A stretch of DNA of 64,000 bases from Methanobacteriota archaeon (GTDB lineage: Archaea > Methanobacteriota > Methanobacteria > Methanobacteriales > Methanobacteriaceae): NCBI GenBank assembly GCA_963787255.1, contig CAWBCJ010000018.1, forward strand, positions 32,001 to 96,000, in the 5' to 3' direction. The position numbers were made by a program, and so were the translations under genes. The notes below the pieces were generated by a model. The model saw only the letters and a list, made by a program, of their open reading frames with translations, did not search any database and was not told where the DNA came from. Shown here one piece after another: positions 20,986-30,799 of the stretch (position 1 is its first letter; each line of letters begins with the position of its first letter).

Positions 20986-22530
20986 GTGATAAATATGGAA
21001 CACAAAAATCAGAATAAATGGGGCGTAGTAATAGTTGCCTGCATGGCGATTTTCATCATAGTTTTAGATTCATCTGCAATGAATGTAGCTATAAGTACAT
21101 TAGTTGTGGAATTAAATACAACTTTGTCGGTTATTCAAGCGATCATTGCTTTATATGCACTTATAATTGCTTCTTTCATGTTGTTGGGAAGTAAAATTCA
21201 GGATATCTTGGGTAGAAAGAAGACTTTTCTTTTAGGATTAGGTATCTATGCTTGTGGAACAACAATAGCCACTTTAAGTCTTAATGCGGGGATGCTGCTT
21301 ATTGGATGGGCTATTTTGGAAGGTATCGGTGCTGCGATGATGTTCCCTGCAACTACTACACTTGTAGGGAGTAGTTATGAAGGTAAAGATAGAGTCACTG
21401 CTTTTGGAATTTGGGGAGGAATAGCAGCAATGGGTGCTGCAATAGGTCCGATAATAGGTGGAATTTTTACAACTTACCTTACATGGAGACTGGTATTTGG
21501 TATGGAGCTGGTCTTTGTTTTCATTATATTAATATTCAGAAATTATTTAACTGAATCCATACCAACCTTGAAATGGAAAGATTTAGATATCGTTGGAGCA
21601 TTACTTTCAATAGTAGCACTGGTTTTAATAGTTTTAGGAATTTTATTACTATCAAAACCCGAATACTGGGAATACGTGGTAACATTATTGATTTCAGGTT
21701 CAATTCTGTTTATAGTCTTCTTATTATGGCAGAGGAGAAGAATTAATAAAGGTTTAGAGCCATTATCTGATATATCTCTTCTAAAAAATCGTTTATTTAG
21801 TTTAGGTAATTTTAACTCTATTTTACAGCAAATACCATTAGCAGGATTTCTCTTTATAATTCCGGTATTCCTGCAGCAGGTATCTAAAGCTGATGCATTC
21901 ACAACTGGATTAGCTCTTTTACCAGCATCTATTACTATTTTGATTTTCTCATTAGTTGGAGCCAGGCTATCATCAAAAGTAGGGCCTAAATACCTCTTAA
22001 TGATTGGATTTATCATTGCAGCAGCAGGAACATACATATTGGGCGGAGTATTCAACGTAAATACTCAAGTAGTAGATATTATACCTGGAACGGTTGTATT
22101 TGGAATTGGTGTAGGTCTCACACTTTCACAAATGACTAACCTTATTATATCCGCTGCAAGAGCTGATCAAGAAACTGATGCTTCTGGTTTATTTAATGCC
22201 TTTAAAAATTTAGGCTATTCCATAGGAACAGCTTTAATAGGTGTTTTACTTTTAATTGGAATATTCGGTGGCCTTACAACTGGAATCGAAACATCAGGTA
22301 TAGCTGGAAATATGACCACAGAACAAATACAAAGCAGCCTCTTTAACTATGTGGAAAAAATGCAGACAGTACCACCACAAATACCATCAGAATTAGTACC
22401 GCAAGCTACCCAAATTGTAGAATCAACCATTAGTTCTGCAATGAAACAGACATTTAATGCATTGACGTTAATTCTACTTTTAGGGTTTATTACAAGTTTC
22501 TTTATACCAAAAACAAAAAGAGAATCATAG
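20986..22530 (+). CDS. MFS transporter, DHA2/EmrB-type (about 14 TM)
   Basis: LDSSAMNVAI, GSKIQDILGRKK, GPIIGG, WR motifs. Confidence 0.9.
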   Translation: MINMEHKNQNKWGVVIVACMAIFIIVLDSSAMNVAISTLVVELNTTLSVIQAIIALYALIIASFMLLGSKIQDILGRKKTFLLGLGIYACGTTIATLSLNAGMLLIGWAILEGIGAAMMFPATTTLVGSSYEGKDRVTAFGIWGGIAAMGAAIGPIIGGIFTTYLTWRLVFGMELVFVFIILIFRNYLTESIPTLKWKDLDIVGALLSIVALVLIVLGILLLSKPEYWEYVVTLLISGSILFIVFLLWQRRRINKGLEPLSDISLLKNRLFSLGNFNSILQQIPLAGFLFIIPVFLQQVSKADAFTTGLALLPASITILIFSLVGARLSSKVGPKYLLMIGFIIAAAGTYILGGVFNVNTQVVDIIPGTVVFGIGVGLTLSQMTNLIISAARADQETDASGLFNAFKNLGYSIGTALIGVLLLIGIFGGLTTGIETSGIAGNMTTEQIQSSLFNYVEKMQTVPPQIPSELVPQATQIVESTISSAMKQTFNALTLILLLGFITSFFIPKTKRES

Positions 22531-22697
22531 TTTAGTAAAAAAAATGGATATTATGCCGAGATAATTTCAAATTAATTTCAATGCATTATCTATCTATTTT
22601 TATCTTTTTTTATAGGCGTCTTATTTTAATATAACACAATTCAGTTATATGCAATATATAAATTCTAACAATATTTTACTCCAATTCACGTTTCTCC

Positions 22698-22915
22698 TTA
22701 TTGATTACGCCTAATGTAAAATTTGGATAATGGCAAAGCGGTCACTCCATGGGCAACTACACTGAAAAGCACAGTGATGAAAACTGCCAAGATGAATAGT
22801 GTTCTGTCCCGGAAATGATCCTAACCCTTCTAAAGCTATTTCGTCAGCTATAATAAATGAAATTAGTGCAAGAACTAAAAAGGCTATTCTTTGATATTCT
22901 GGTATAATCCATCCT
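22698..22915 (-). pseudogene. Remnant of a cation:proton antiporter (NhaP-like) gene
   Basis: Fragments WIIPEYQRIAFLVLALISFIIADEI and FILAVFITVLFSVVAHGVTALPLSKFY-stop, disrupted. Confidence 0.5.
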
Positions 22916-23051
22916 TTATCTCTCCAATCTAACTTTAATTATTAACAGTAAAAAATATCTTTTCATCATTATCATTAATATTGAAAATAGATTTATTGCA
23001 GAAATTAGACTAATTTACTTATTTTCTTTGTTCAATGATATAATTCAGTAA

Positions 23052-23190
23052 TCAATCAATTTCTAAATTTTTCAATGATTTCAAAATTTTATCTATGTGG
23101 CATTTAGTACCAAGCACCTTTCCTAACATTGCACCTGCCGTAATACCAAGAATAATAGAAAATAAAGAAGTTCTTTGCACCCAAGATTCA
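23052..23190 (-). pseudogene. 3' remnant paralogous to the membrane protein gene at 54057..54485
   Basis: WVQRTSLFSIILGITAGAMLGKVLGTKCHIDKILKSL versus WMQGAPLLAIIFSITAGTMLGRVLSTRHGIDKILKAL. Confidence 0.7.
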
Positions 23191-23276
23191 TTTCCTCTTT
23201 CCATTTTCCTTCATTGATGGAATCTTAAGTGTATATGTATAGAAATAGATCAATAAAAAAAATAAAAAAAAGGAAA

Positions 23277-23978
23277 TTAGCTTGTCATTTTCCCGACTTC
23301 GTCAGCTACTTTCCAGTGCTCACCTTTCTTTTCATTCCTACGAATTAGCCACACTCCAATACCTGCTCCTACTATAGCTCCTGCAGTATCAGTGAATAAG
23401 TCGTTCATAGTATCTTCATGAGGGCTTTGGGTTGGTGAACCCTGCATTTGGGTGTTACCTGTAATTTATCCTATAGGACCCTGGGATAAGTACTGGTCAT
23501 AGGTATATTCTACCATTTCTAGTGCTCCTCCAAAACCTAAGGTTACCATTATAATGATAAATGCCATAGCACCATATGATGCTTTTAGTTTACCATAGAA
23601 GTACATGGTGTAAACAACCATCATTCCAATTAATGCAAGGTATAATGGCAGCATGAAGTGCATGAAATTGTCATAGTGTGGAAGTTTCACATATAATCCA
23701 AGTGCATCTCCACCAACAAGCTCGAATAGTACCATAGACAATAATATAAGCTCAATTTCAACTGGTAATGCACGTATTTTGCCTTTTGTAAAAAATGCTG
23801 GAGCATTAACTATTGCTAAAGCTATTAAGATTAATATTCCAAAAATTCTTTCAGTACCATTGGCGCCACCGAAAATAGTAAAATAAATACCGCAAATCAA
23901 AAGGAATATACGCATTATCCTTAGCAAATTCCTCTGTAAAGGACTCATAGTATCCTTATCAGGGTTTAAATAACTCAT
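23277..23978 (-). pseudogene. DUF2238-like membrane protein interrupted by an in-frame TAA at 23466-23468
   Basis: YDNFMH...LEMVEY, then the frame continues past the stop into QMQGSPTQSPHEDTMNDLFTDTAGAIVG. Confidence 0.7.
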
Positions 23979-24047
23979 TTTTCTACCTCCTTTAAAATCT
24001 TTAATTCTATTTCAATTGATATTGCATCATTTTATTATATAAACTTT

Positions 24048-24081
24048 TTAATTGTACATTTAAAATAGATAATTATTTATG
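24048..24081 (+). promoter_or_regulatory. Palindrome-TATA element copy 3
   Basis: TTAATTGTACATTTAA-AATAGATAATTA-TTTATG. Confidence 0.85.
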
Positions 24082-24102
24082 TTGAGTAACATAGCATATA
24101 AT

Positions 24103-24220
24103 TTGCATTGGAGAAATTAGAACAGCCTCCATTTCAGGGATTATAGTTGTTACTAAATACCATGCATATTATATTAGTCTATCTAAAAACTTTCCGGCGT
24201 TTCTATTTCTCCCTTGCAAT
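24103..24220 (+). ncRNA. Candidate structured small RNA
   Basis: Begins about 22 nt after the TATA of copy 3; 5' TTGCATTGGAGAAATTAGAACAGCC pairs with 3' GGCGTTTCTATTTCTCCCTTGCAA; internal hairpins; followed by TTTT. Confidence 0.5.
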
Positions 24221-24284
24221 TTTGGAAAAAGTTATTAATTCGATAACTAAATTTAAGTTCAATTAATTAAAAGGAGGTGAAAAA

Positions 24285-24680
24285 GTGAAACTAAACTGGA
24301 TGGCAATAGCAATTGGAATAGTCCTTACAGCAGTTTTAGCAATATTCGGATTTTATGTAGGATTAATAGCAATTATAGCCCCTATAATAGCAGGTATAAT
24401 TGTTGGTTATGTATATGCTGATAATACTGGTGACGGGGCTCTTAATGCGGGAATTGGAGCAGGTATAGGTGGACTTATTTATACAATACTTGCATTTTAC
24501 GCAGCTCTCAGCGTTATAACTGCAATAACTTATTTCACTGCATCAACTTATGTACCAACCGGAGCAAATTTAGCCGTAACTGCAATAGGAGCTTTAGTCA
24601 TAGATTTCATACTTGGTGCAATTGGTGGAGTTATAGGAGTCTTAATTAAAGGAGAACCAGCTGTAAAAACAACAGAATAA
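24285..24680 (+). CDS. Small glycine-rich membrane protein (DUF5518-like)
   Basis: GGAGGTG RBS; IAPIIAGIIVGY...GALNAGIGAGIGG. Confidence 0.75.
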   Translation: MKLNWMAIAIGIVLTAVLAIFGFYVGLIAIIAPIIAGIIVGYVYADNTGDGALNAGIGAGIGGLIYTILAFYAALSVITAITYFTASTYVPTGANLAVTAIGALVIDFILGAIGGVIGVLIKGEPAVKTTE

Positions 24681-25036
24681 CAACAACTACAATTATAAAC
24701 AACTATTACATCGATAAACAAAAAAAATCTCATTTTTACTTTTTTTAGACTAATATTTTTTTTACACAAAATAAGTGTTAATGTTTATAGTAATTATCTT
24801 AATTATATGGATAAATAACAAACTCAGGTCTTAAATAATGAATTCAATGCAAAGATATAATTAGGGTGAAAATATGTCTATAAAGAAAGAAAATATGCCG
24901 GAAAAAGGGGCTGCAACACATAAATTAGTTATTCTTCTTATATTTTAATATTGTTCTTTTTAAGGCTTAGAAAATCTTTTTACAGTTTAAATCAATTCTA
25001 TTTTATTCATAATATCCAAATATTAATATTTCATGT

Positions 25037-25052
25037 TTAATTGCACATTTAA
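25037..25052 (+). promoter_or_regulatory. Palindrome element copy 4 (orphan, no downstream TATA)
   Basis: TTAATTGCACATTTAA. Confidence 0.6.
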
Positions 25053-25080
25053 ACCAAAAAAAATAAAAACTATTTGTTAA

Positions 25081-25593
25081 TTATTGTATACTTAATGTCT
25101 TTAAAATGGAGTTATAGTCTGTTTCGGTTTGATTTAGTGCATTTGGTGGGCATATATATTCCAGTATATAGTAATAATTGCCTGTATCTATGATTGTTAC
25201 TTTTTGAGCTAAACTTGGGCCATAAGTTCCAAATTGAGTTGCTTTGAAATTTCCGATGTTAGTTGTTCCAACAGTTGAATTAGTTGTATTCATAGCAATT
25301 GTATTTGTCCCTGGAAGCTGCAATGTCCCCTGAGATTTTTTTTGCATTTGAATGATTATATAAGATGTTGGGCTTCCTCCATCTGGAATATTTGCAGTTA
25401 AAATAACTTCAGAAAACAGTGAATTATCCTCAAAAGTCCCTATTACCTGATCCTGGCTCCAGGAGTTCGGGTATTCAAAATATAATTTTCCAGTATCGAA
25501 TGTATTATTTCCAAAAGTGGCAGCCAATATAATAGCAATAACTACAACTATTACAATAATTATTCCTGGTAGAATTAATCGGTCGTTATCCAT
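25081..25593 (-). CDS. Membrane-anchored extracellular protein (PsbP-like fold suspected)
   Basis: N-terminal TM/signal; FEYPNSW motif; YNSILKTLSIQ C-terminus. Confidence 0.65.
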   Translation of the reverse strand: MDNDRLILPGIIIVIVVVIAIILAATFGNNTFDTGKLYFEYPNSWSQDQVIGTFEDNSLFSEVILTANIPDGGSPTSYIIIQMQKKSQGTLQLPGTNTIAMNTTNSTVGTTNIGNFKATQFGTYGPSLAQKVTIIDTGNYYYILEYICPPNALNQTETDYNSILKTLSIQ

Positions 25594-25656
25594 ATTTTTT
25601 CACCTAATTTTTATAAAATACATTAATTATTATATCTAAACAATCTTATTTAAGTT

Positions 25657-25690
25657 TTAATTGTACATTTAAAATAAATAATTATTTATA
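25657..25690 (+). promoter_or_regulatory. Palindrome-TATA element copy 5
   Basis: TTAATTGTACATTTAA-AATAAATAATTA-TTTATA. Confidence 0.85.
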
Positions 25691-25712
25691 TTAAATTTAA
25701 ACAGTATTATAC

Positions 25713-26303
25713 GGGGCTTGTTTGAAAAAAATTAAGGAGACATTAAACATGGCAGAAGGAAATAATGTATTATTAGGTATTTTAGCGATAATTTTAGGTA
25801 TTTTAGTGATTGCTTTCCCATTATTCAGCGTATTCACTGCAAGCGTATTAGCAGGTTTTGCTGTAATCTTTTTAGGAATCTGGTTACTTGTACAAAGTTT
25901 CGGAATGTGGAGTGCAAGTAAAGGAGCAAGTATAGCCTATTTAATACTCGGACTTATAGCAATAGTTGGAGGAATAGGCCTATTTGGAAGCATACTTGCA
26001 TTCAGTGCATTAGCTAGCTTCTGGCTCTACTTTGTAGGTTTCTTCCTGATAATTTCAGGTATAATGTCATTCTTCACCAAAGAAGGAACAACAGGTAAAG
26101 GAGTCGGAGGTGCAGGTGTTATCTTAGGTATATTATACATAATATTAGCATCATATGCATGGAATCCATACTATTTAGCTTTATTAATTGGAATCTGGTT
26201 AATAATCGATGGAATAGCTTTATTCTTTGTTAGCCCATCAGAATTAATGAAACCTGGAAAATAAACATTCAAAAATAAAAATATTATAAATCAAACAAGC
26301 CCC
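25713..26303. repeat. Perfect 13-bp inverted repeat bracketing one gene
   Basis: GGGGCTTGTTTGA at 25713-25725 and TCAAACAAGCCCC at 26291-26303. Confidence 0.85.
25749..26264 (+). CDS. HdeD/DUF308-family membrane protein
   Basis: AAGGAG RBS before ATG 25749; repeated LGILAIILGILVIAFP / LIGIWLIIDGI units. Confidence 0.8.
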   Translation: MAEGNNVLLGILAIILGILVIAFPLFSVFTASVLAGFAVIFLGIWLLVQSFGMWSASKGASIAYLILGLIAIVGGIGLFGSILAFSALASFWLYFVGFFLIISGIMSFFTKEGTTGKGVGGAGVILGILYIILASYAWNPYYLALLIGIWLIIDGIALFFVSPSELMKPGK

Positions 26304-26374
26304 ATTTTCTTAAGATTAAAAAAAAGATATTCAAGATAGATTTAAATAATAAATTAATTAAAAGGAGTGGTATT

Positions 26375-26590
26375 ATGCCAGATTTAGGACCATTAGGAAG
26401 AGGCGGAGCTAGAAGAAGAACAAGAAGAAGGGTGATGGCAATGAATGAAATGACCAAGCCACAAGAACCATCCAGAGAAACTGAAACTCCTATTAAATCA
26501 GATAACTCAGATAAATTAAAGCAATTAGCAAAACTATTAAGGAATAAAGGAGTAATAACCGAAGAAGAGTATGACTTGCTATTCGACTAA
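26375..26590 (+). CDS. Small protein with Arg-rich N-terminus and SHOCT domain
   Basis: GGARRRTRRRV; KLKQLAKLLRNKGVITEEEY. Confidence 0.8.
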   Translation: MPDLGPLGRGGARRRTRRRVMAMNEMTKPQEPSRETETPIKSDNSDKLKQLAKLLRNKGVITEEEYDLLFD

Positions 26591-26640
26591 ACATTTTTTA
26601 AAGTAATGAATTTATTCTTTTTTACAAGATGTGATATACT

Positions 26641-27120
26641 ATGCAGAAAAAAGAAAGCGCATTGATCATTATAGTTCTCGGTTTAATTGTTTTGGCTTTT
26701 CCTGTTTTAGGAGTAATCCCATTTAGCTTGATTACTGGATTTATAGTATCATTTTTGGGTATAGGACTACTATTTACAGGTTTGGCATTAAGAAGAGAAG
26801 ATGCAACTAGGGGAATTTTGGGAATAATTTTAGGAATTATAGTCCTAATTCTAGGTATAGGCTTTATTGTTAATCCGGCCCTATTCAGCTTTGTAGCTGC
26901 ATTATTCGTATTTATTGCAGGTTTATTCCTGGTAGGGATAGGAATTGCAACCATTATTGGTAATTTTGGTGGAGATATTAGATCCGGTGCAGTTGCTTTG
27001 GTTTTAGGTATAATTTACTTGATTATAGCTACATTGGTATCTGATCCAGCAGTTTTAGGTACTTTAATAGGTTTATGGCTTTTAATTACTGGATTTTTAA
27101 TGCTGTTCCAGAAAGACTAA
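26641..27120 (+). CDS. HdeD/DUF308-family membrane protein
   Basis: Close paralog of 29609..30088 (LGLIVLAFPVLGVIP; LIGLWLLITG). Confidence 0.8.
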   Translation: MQKKESALIIIVLGLIVLAFPVLGVIPFSLITGFIVSFLGIGLLFTGLALRREDATRGILGIILGIIVLILGIGFIVNPALFSFVAALFVFIAGLFLVGIGIATIIGNFGGDIRSGAVALVLGIIYLIIATLVSDPAVLGTLIGLWLLITGFLMLFQKD

Positions 27121-27290
27121 AAATTCAACAACTCTTTTTTAAAACTTTTTGGAATATGTGAAAGATGAGGGGATAACTTAATTTTTTTTAAGAATGTATT
27201 TAATATACTTGCTATATTAAGCGATAGATAGTGATGATAAATACTATGAAACCATATTTTTTAAAGATTAAGCTTACGGAGTGAAATCTA

Positions 27291-27986
27291 ATGTCTGAAT
27301 TATTTAATTTATTATCAGTAGTAGTGCCTACAGCATTAGTCGCTGCTTTAAGCCCTACCAGTTTTGCTGTGATGATAATGTTAATGTCTTTGTCTAAAAA
27401 ACCAAAAACTAGTGGTCTCGGGTTTTTAGCAGGATCTTCAATAATTATATTATTGGCAGCTTTATTAGGACTTGTTGCTGCAGAAGGAGCATCTTTTGTA
27501 GCTAGTACTGAAATTAACTTCCTTCCAGCATGGATAGATGTAATTTTAGGAGTTATAATACTTTATTTTGGCATTAAAACCACTTTTAAGAAAGATAATG
27601 AAGCTGATGAAAAAAAATTAGAAAATCGTCTGAAAGATAAATATACTACTTTAGGATTTTTTGGCAGTGCCTTATTAGCAATGGGTCTTTTTGCTTTAAA
27701 TTTAATCACCACAATTTTGGTGTTTTTTGCTAGCAACCAAATAGCAGCTTCTAGTGTAAATTGGATGGGTAAAACGATTACGTTAATTTTACTAGTGACC
27801 ATAACCCTCTTATTAGTGGAAATACCATTAATGATATACTTTTTAGTTCCTCAAAAGGCGGATAATATTCTTTCAAATTTAAATACATGGATTCAAAAAA
27901 GAGGGCATTACTTAACTGCAGGTTTAGTCATTATAATAGGGATATATATACTTTTTGAAGGGTTAAATGAGTTAAATTTGATTTAA
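27291..27986 (+). CDS. GAP/Sap-family (LysE-like) membrane protein
   Basis: ALVAALSP, GFLAG, LNTWIQKRG pattern; about 6 TM. Confidence 0.75.
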   Translation: MSELFNLLSVVVPTALVAALSPTSFAVMIMLMSLSKKPKTSGLGFLAGSSIIILLAALLGLVAAEGASFVASTEINFLPAWIDVILGVIILYFGIKTTFKKDNEADEKKLENRLKDKYTTLGFFGSALLAMGLFALNLITTILVFFASNQIAASSVNWMGKTITLILLVTITLLLVEIPLMIYFLVPQKADNILSNLNTWIQKRGHYLTAGLVIIIGIYILFEGLNELNLI

Positions 27987-28165
27987 ATAATAAATGTATG
28001 TGGAATTTAACTATAATGAATGATTGATAGAGAAAGGTAAATGTTTTCATTATTTTAACCCTAAAAAAATTTATTTTAAAGGATAACTATTATTCCCCTT
28101 AACTTTATTTTTATAATTTAATTGTTCTAAATAAGATTTCAATCTTAATTTTAGAAAGATATATT

Positions 28166-28199
28166 ATAATTGCACATTTAAAATAAATAATTATATTAA
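28166..28199 (+). promoter_or_regulatory. Palindrome-TATA element copy 6
   Basis: ATAATTGCACATTTAA-AATAAATAATTA-TATTAA upstream of the AI-2E gene. Confidence 0.75.
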
Positions 28200-28242
28200 A
28201 TTTGAACATTTATTATTAAATATTAAAAAAAGGAGGAAAAAA

Positions 28243-29241
28243 ATGATTAATGATTTTAAAATACCGCCCTTTCTTCGGCAAATTATTGTAATAGCCGTTA
28301 TTTTCGTTGCAGTAGTAGGATTAAAAATTACTGCCCCCATTATGAGCCTTATAATACTTTCAATTTTTCTTAGTCTGCTTTTCTACCCATTTTTGAAATG
28401 GCTAGAAAAAAAAGGTATATCTTATAATAAAGGCATGCTGATAACTCTTGTAGGAATCGCCGCTCTAGGTTTTGGGGTATTAGCTTTTATGGCACTTTCA
28501 TTATCCCAATTAATACAAGCAATCCCTAGTTTATCTATAAACTCTTCTGATTTTCTTGCACAATATGGAAATCAAATAATTGAATTTATTGTCACCAATA
28601 TACCTATAGAAAATGTAAAAGGACTCATTGCCGATGGGACTTTCATCATATTTGCGGTCATATTCCTGGTTTTTGAACTTCCCCAAATAAAAAACAGACT
28701 CGTAAAAGGATTAGGTGCAGATAACCCTACCTTGAATAAAGCTTTTGCTCTTGTTAGCACCTTCATCAAATACTTTATAATTAGAGTTAAAGTAAACTTA
28801 ATTTATGGTATAGGTGTTGCAGGTGTTCTCTTTATATTTGACATTAACTTTGCAATACTATGGGGTTTATTAACATTTATACTTGGATTTATTCCATATT
28901 TGGGTATTATGATAGCAGCAATACCCCCTATACTAGTAGCATGGGGTAAGTATGGGATACAAGGAGCCATAATAATGGGAATTTTCTTTGTAATAATCAA
29001 TACCATTGTAGAAAGCTATATATTCCCTAGATTAACTGGAAAAGGCCTTCAAATGTCAATTTATGTAGTATTTGCTGCACTATTTGTATGGGGTTGGATT
29101 TTAGGGCCTGTTGGATTTTTCATTGGTATTCCTTTAACCCTGATTATAATAAGATATCTTGAAAACTTTGATGAAACTCGATGGTTGGCCTTAATCATGA
29201 CCAGTGGCGAGGAAGAGGATATTAAGAAAAAGAAATCATGA
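28243..29241 (+). CDS. AI-2E family transporter
   Basis: FILGFIPYLG, ESYIFPRLTGKGL, WGWILGPVGFFIGIPLT. Confidence 0.92.
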   Translation: MINDFKIPPFLRQIIVIAVIFVAVVGLKITAPIMSLIILSIFLSLLFYPFLKWLEKKGISYNKGMLITLVGIAALGFGVLAFMALSLSQLIQAIPSLSINSSDFLAQYGNQIIEFIVTNIPIENVKGLIADGTFIIFAVIFLVFELPQIKNRLVKGLGADNPTLNKAFALVSTFIKYFIIRVKVNLIYGIGVAGVLFIFDINFAILWGLLTFILGFIPYLGIMIAAIPPILVAWGKYGIQGAIIMGIFFVIINTIVESYIFPRLTGKGLQMSIYVVFAALFVWGWILGPVGFFIGIPLTLIIIRYLENFDETRWLALIMTSGEEEDIKKKKS

Positions 29242-29608
29242 AATAGATAAGGAAAACATGAGAAGCGAAATAGTTCGGGTTTAGGTCTTATAATTGGTTA
29301 GGGTTTTTTTACAACGAATAACCAAGATCAAGATCCCAGGCATAATTCTACTTTTACCAGAGGTTACGATAGTAGATCTTTGCTTGGGCTCATAAATTCC
29401 AATTAACTGTTTTCAATTCTCTATTTCCTATGATAATGGTCGACCTCATGAATTAATATTTTTTTTATGGCTATAAACTCGATTTTATAAATAAAAATAG
29501 CAAATTAGCATAATGTAAGTTGTAATTTTTTAATAAATTCAAGCACATTAAAATAGACCCAAAGAAAAATAAAAAAATAAAAAGGGAAGTTTATTGAATA
29601 TTAATTTT

Positions 29609-30088
29609 CTATTCTTTCATGAAAAGCATTAATATTCCAGTTATTAAAAGCCATAGGCCAATTAGTACACCTAGAACCACAGGATTTGCGATGAAAGTTC
29701 CTACGATTACGTATAATATACCTATTATTAGTGCTACGACTCCATTCCATCTGCTACCGCCAGTTTTTGTGAATACTCCCATAATACCAGCAATAATTAG
29801 GAATAATCCAACGATCCAAACTATAAAACCAACTAACCAGCTGAATAGTCCAGGGTTGAAGATGAATCCAATACCAAGAACAAGGGCTATTATTCCCAAT
29901 ATAAGTTCCAGTATTCCCATAGCGAAACTTTCACCCATTTCAGCTATTCCGGCTAATAGAAGACCGATACCCAAAAATAGAACTATAAATCCAGTAAGTA
30001 AAGCTAATGGGATTACTCCTAAAACGGGGAAAGCCAAAACAATCAGCCCTAACACTATCAATATCAATGCACTGCCATTTTTTTCCAT
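29609..30088 (-). CDS. HdeD/DUF308-family membrane protein
   Basis: AGGAGG RBS; paralog of 26641..27120. Confidence 0.8.
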   Translation of the reverse strand: MEKNGSALILIVLGLIVLAFPVLGVIPLALLTGFIVLFLGIGLLLAGIAEMGESFAMGILELILGIIALVLGIGFIFNPGLFSWLVGFIVWIVGLFLIIAGIMGVFTKTGGSRWNGVVALIIGILYVIVGTFIANPVVLGVLIGLWLLITGILMLFMKE

Positions 30089-30255
30089 ATCTTTCTACCT
30101 CCTGATTTTTCTATATATATAGGTTAGATTTTGTTTATTATTAACTTTTTGTAGTTATCACTTCTTTATGCTTCATTTGAAATTGATCCGCCATTATTTT
30201 GCATGGTCTTAATTAAAAGTTAAATGAAAAAAAATAAATTAATTTTATATGTAAT

Positions 30256-30762
30256 TTAATCACTTATTTTTTGCTCTAAATCTTTTTTATCAAGTTTTAG
30301 CACAACATAGTCTCCAATTTGTTTTATATCAACATCAGAGATTATTAGATGCTTTTTATTAAATGCTCCACCAGTCGAGATAAGAACATTATGGATAAGA
30401 CATTTTTTAGGGTCAATAACCATATTTTCTATTTTACCCACAGTCATTGCATCTCCGGATACTACAGTTTTTCCTATTAAGTCTTTATAATGAAATTCAT
30501 TTTTCATTAAATCTTCAATTTTATCCACTTTTGATATTTTATCCATGTCATCTTTGCCTAATTTTAGCTGCACATAGTCGCCTATTTCTGCTAAATCATT
30601 TTCAGTTACTGCAAAATACTTCTTTTTTAAAGCACCTCCTTCAACTATTATTATTTTATCAACAAGGCACTCCTTTAAGTTCATTGCAAGATCAGCTATT
30701 TTACCTACTTCTACCGCTTCTTGGTTTAGTACTTTCATTCCAATAAAATCACTAGCATTCAT
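30256..30762 (-). CDS. Tandem (double) PRC-barrel protein
   Basis: Two repeats: FIGMKVL...VGKI...IGDYVQLK and LIGKTVV...VGKI...IGDYVVLK. Confidence 0.85.
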   Translation of the reverse strand: MNASDFIGMKVLNQEAVEVGKIADLAMNLKECLVDKIIIVEGGALKKKYFAVTENDLAEIGDYVQLKLGKDDMDKISKVDKIEDLMKNEFHYKDLIGKTVVSGDAMTVGKIENMVIDPKKCLIHNVLISTGGAFNKKHLIISDVDIKQIGDYVVLKLDKKDLEQKISD

Positions 30763-30799
30763 TATTTTACCTCCTAATTTAAAATCATATTTAATTACA

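Noticed and set aside
29541-29558. Possible eighth motif copy AAGCACATTAAAATAGAC
   Set aside because: Left arm missing, no TATA at the fixed spacing, and it lies between convergent genes; too weak in AT-rich DNA
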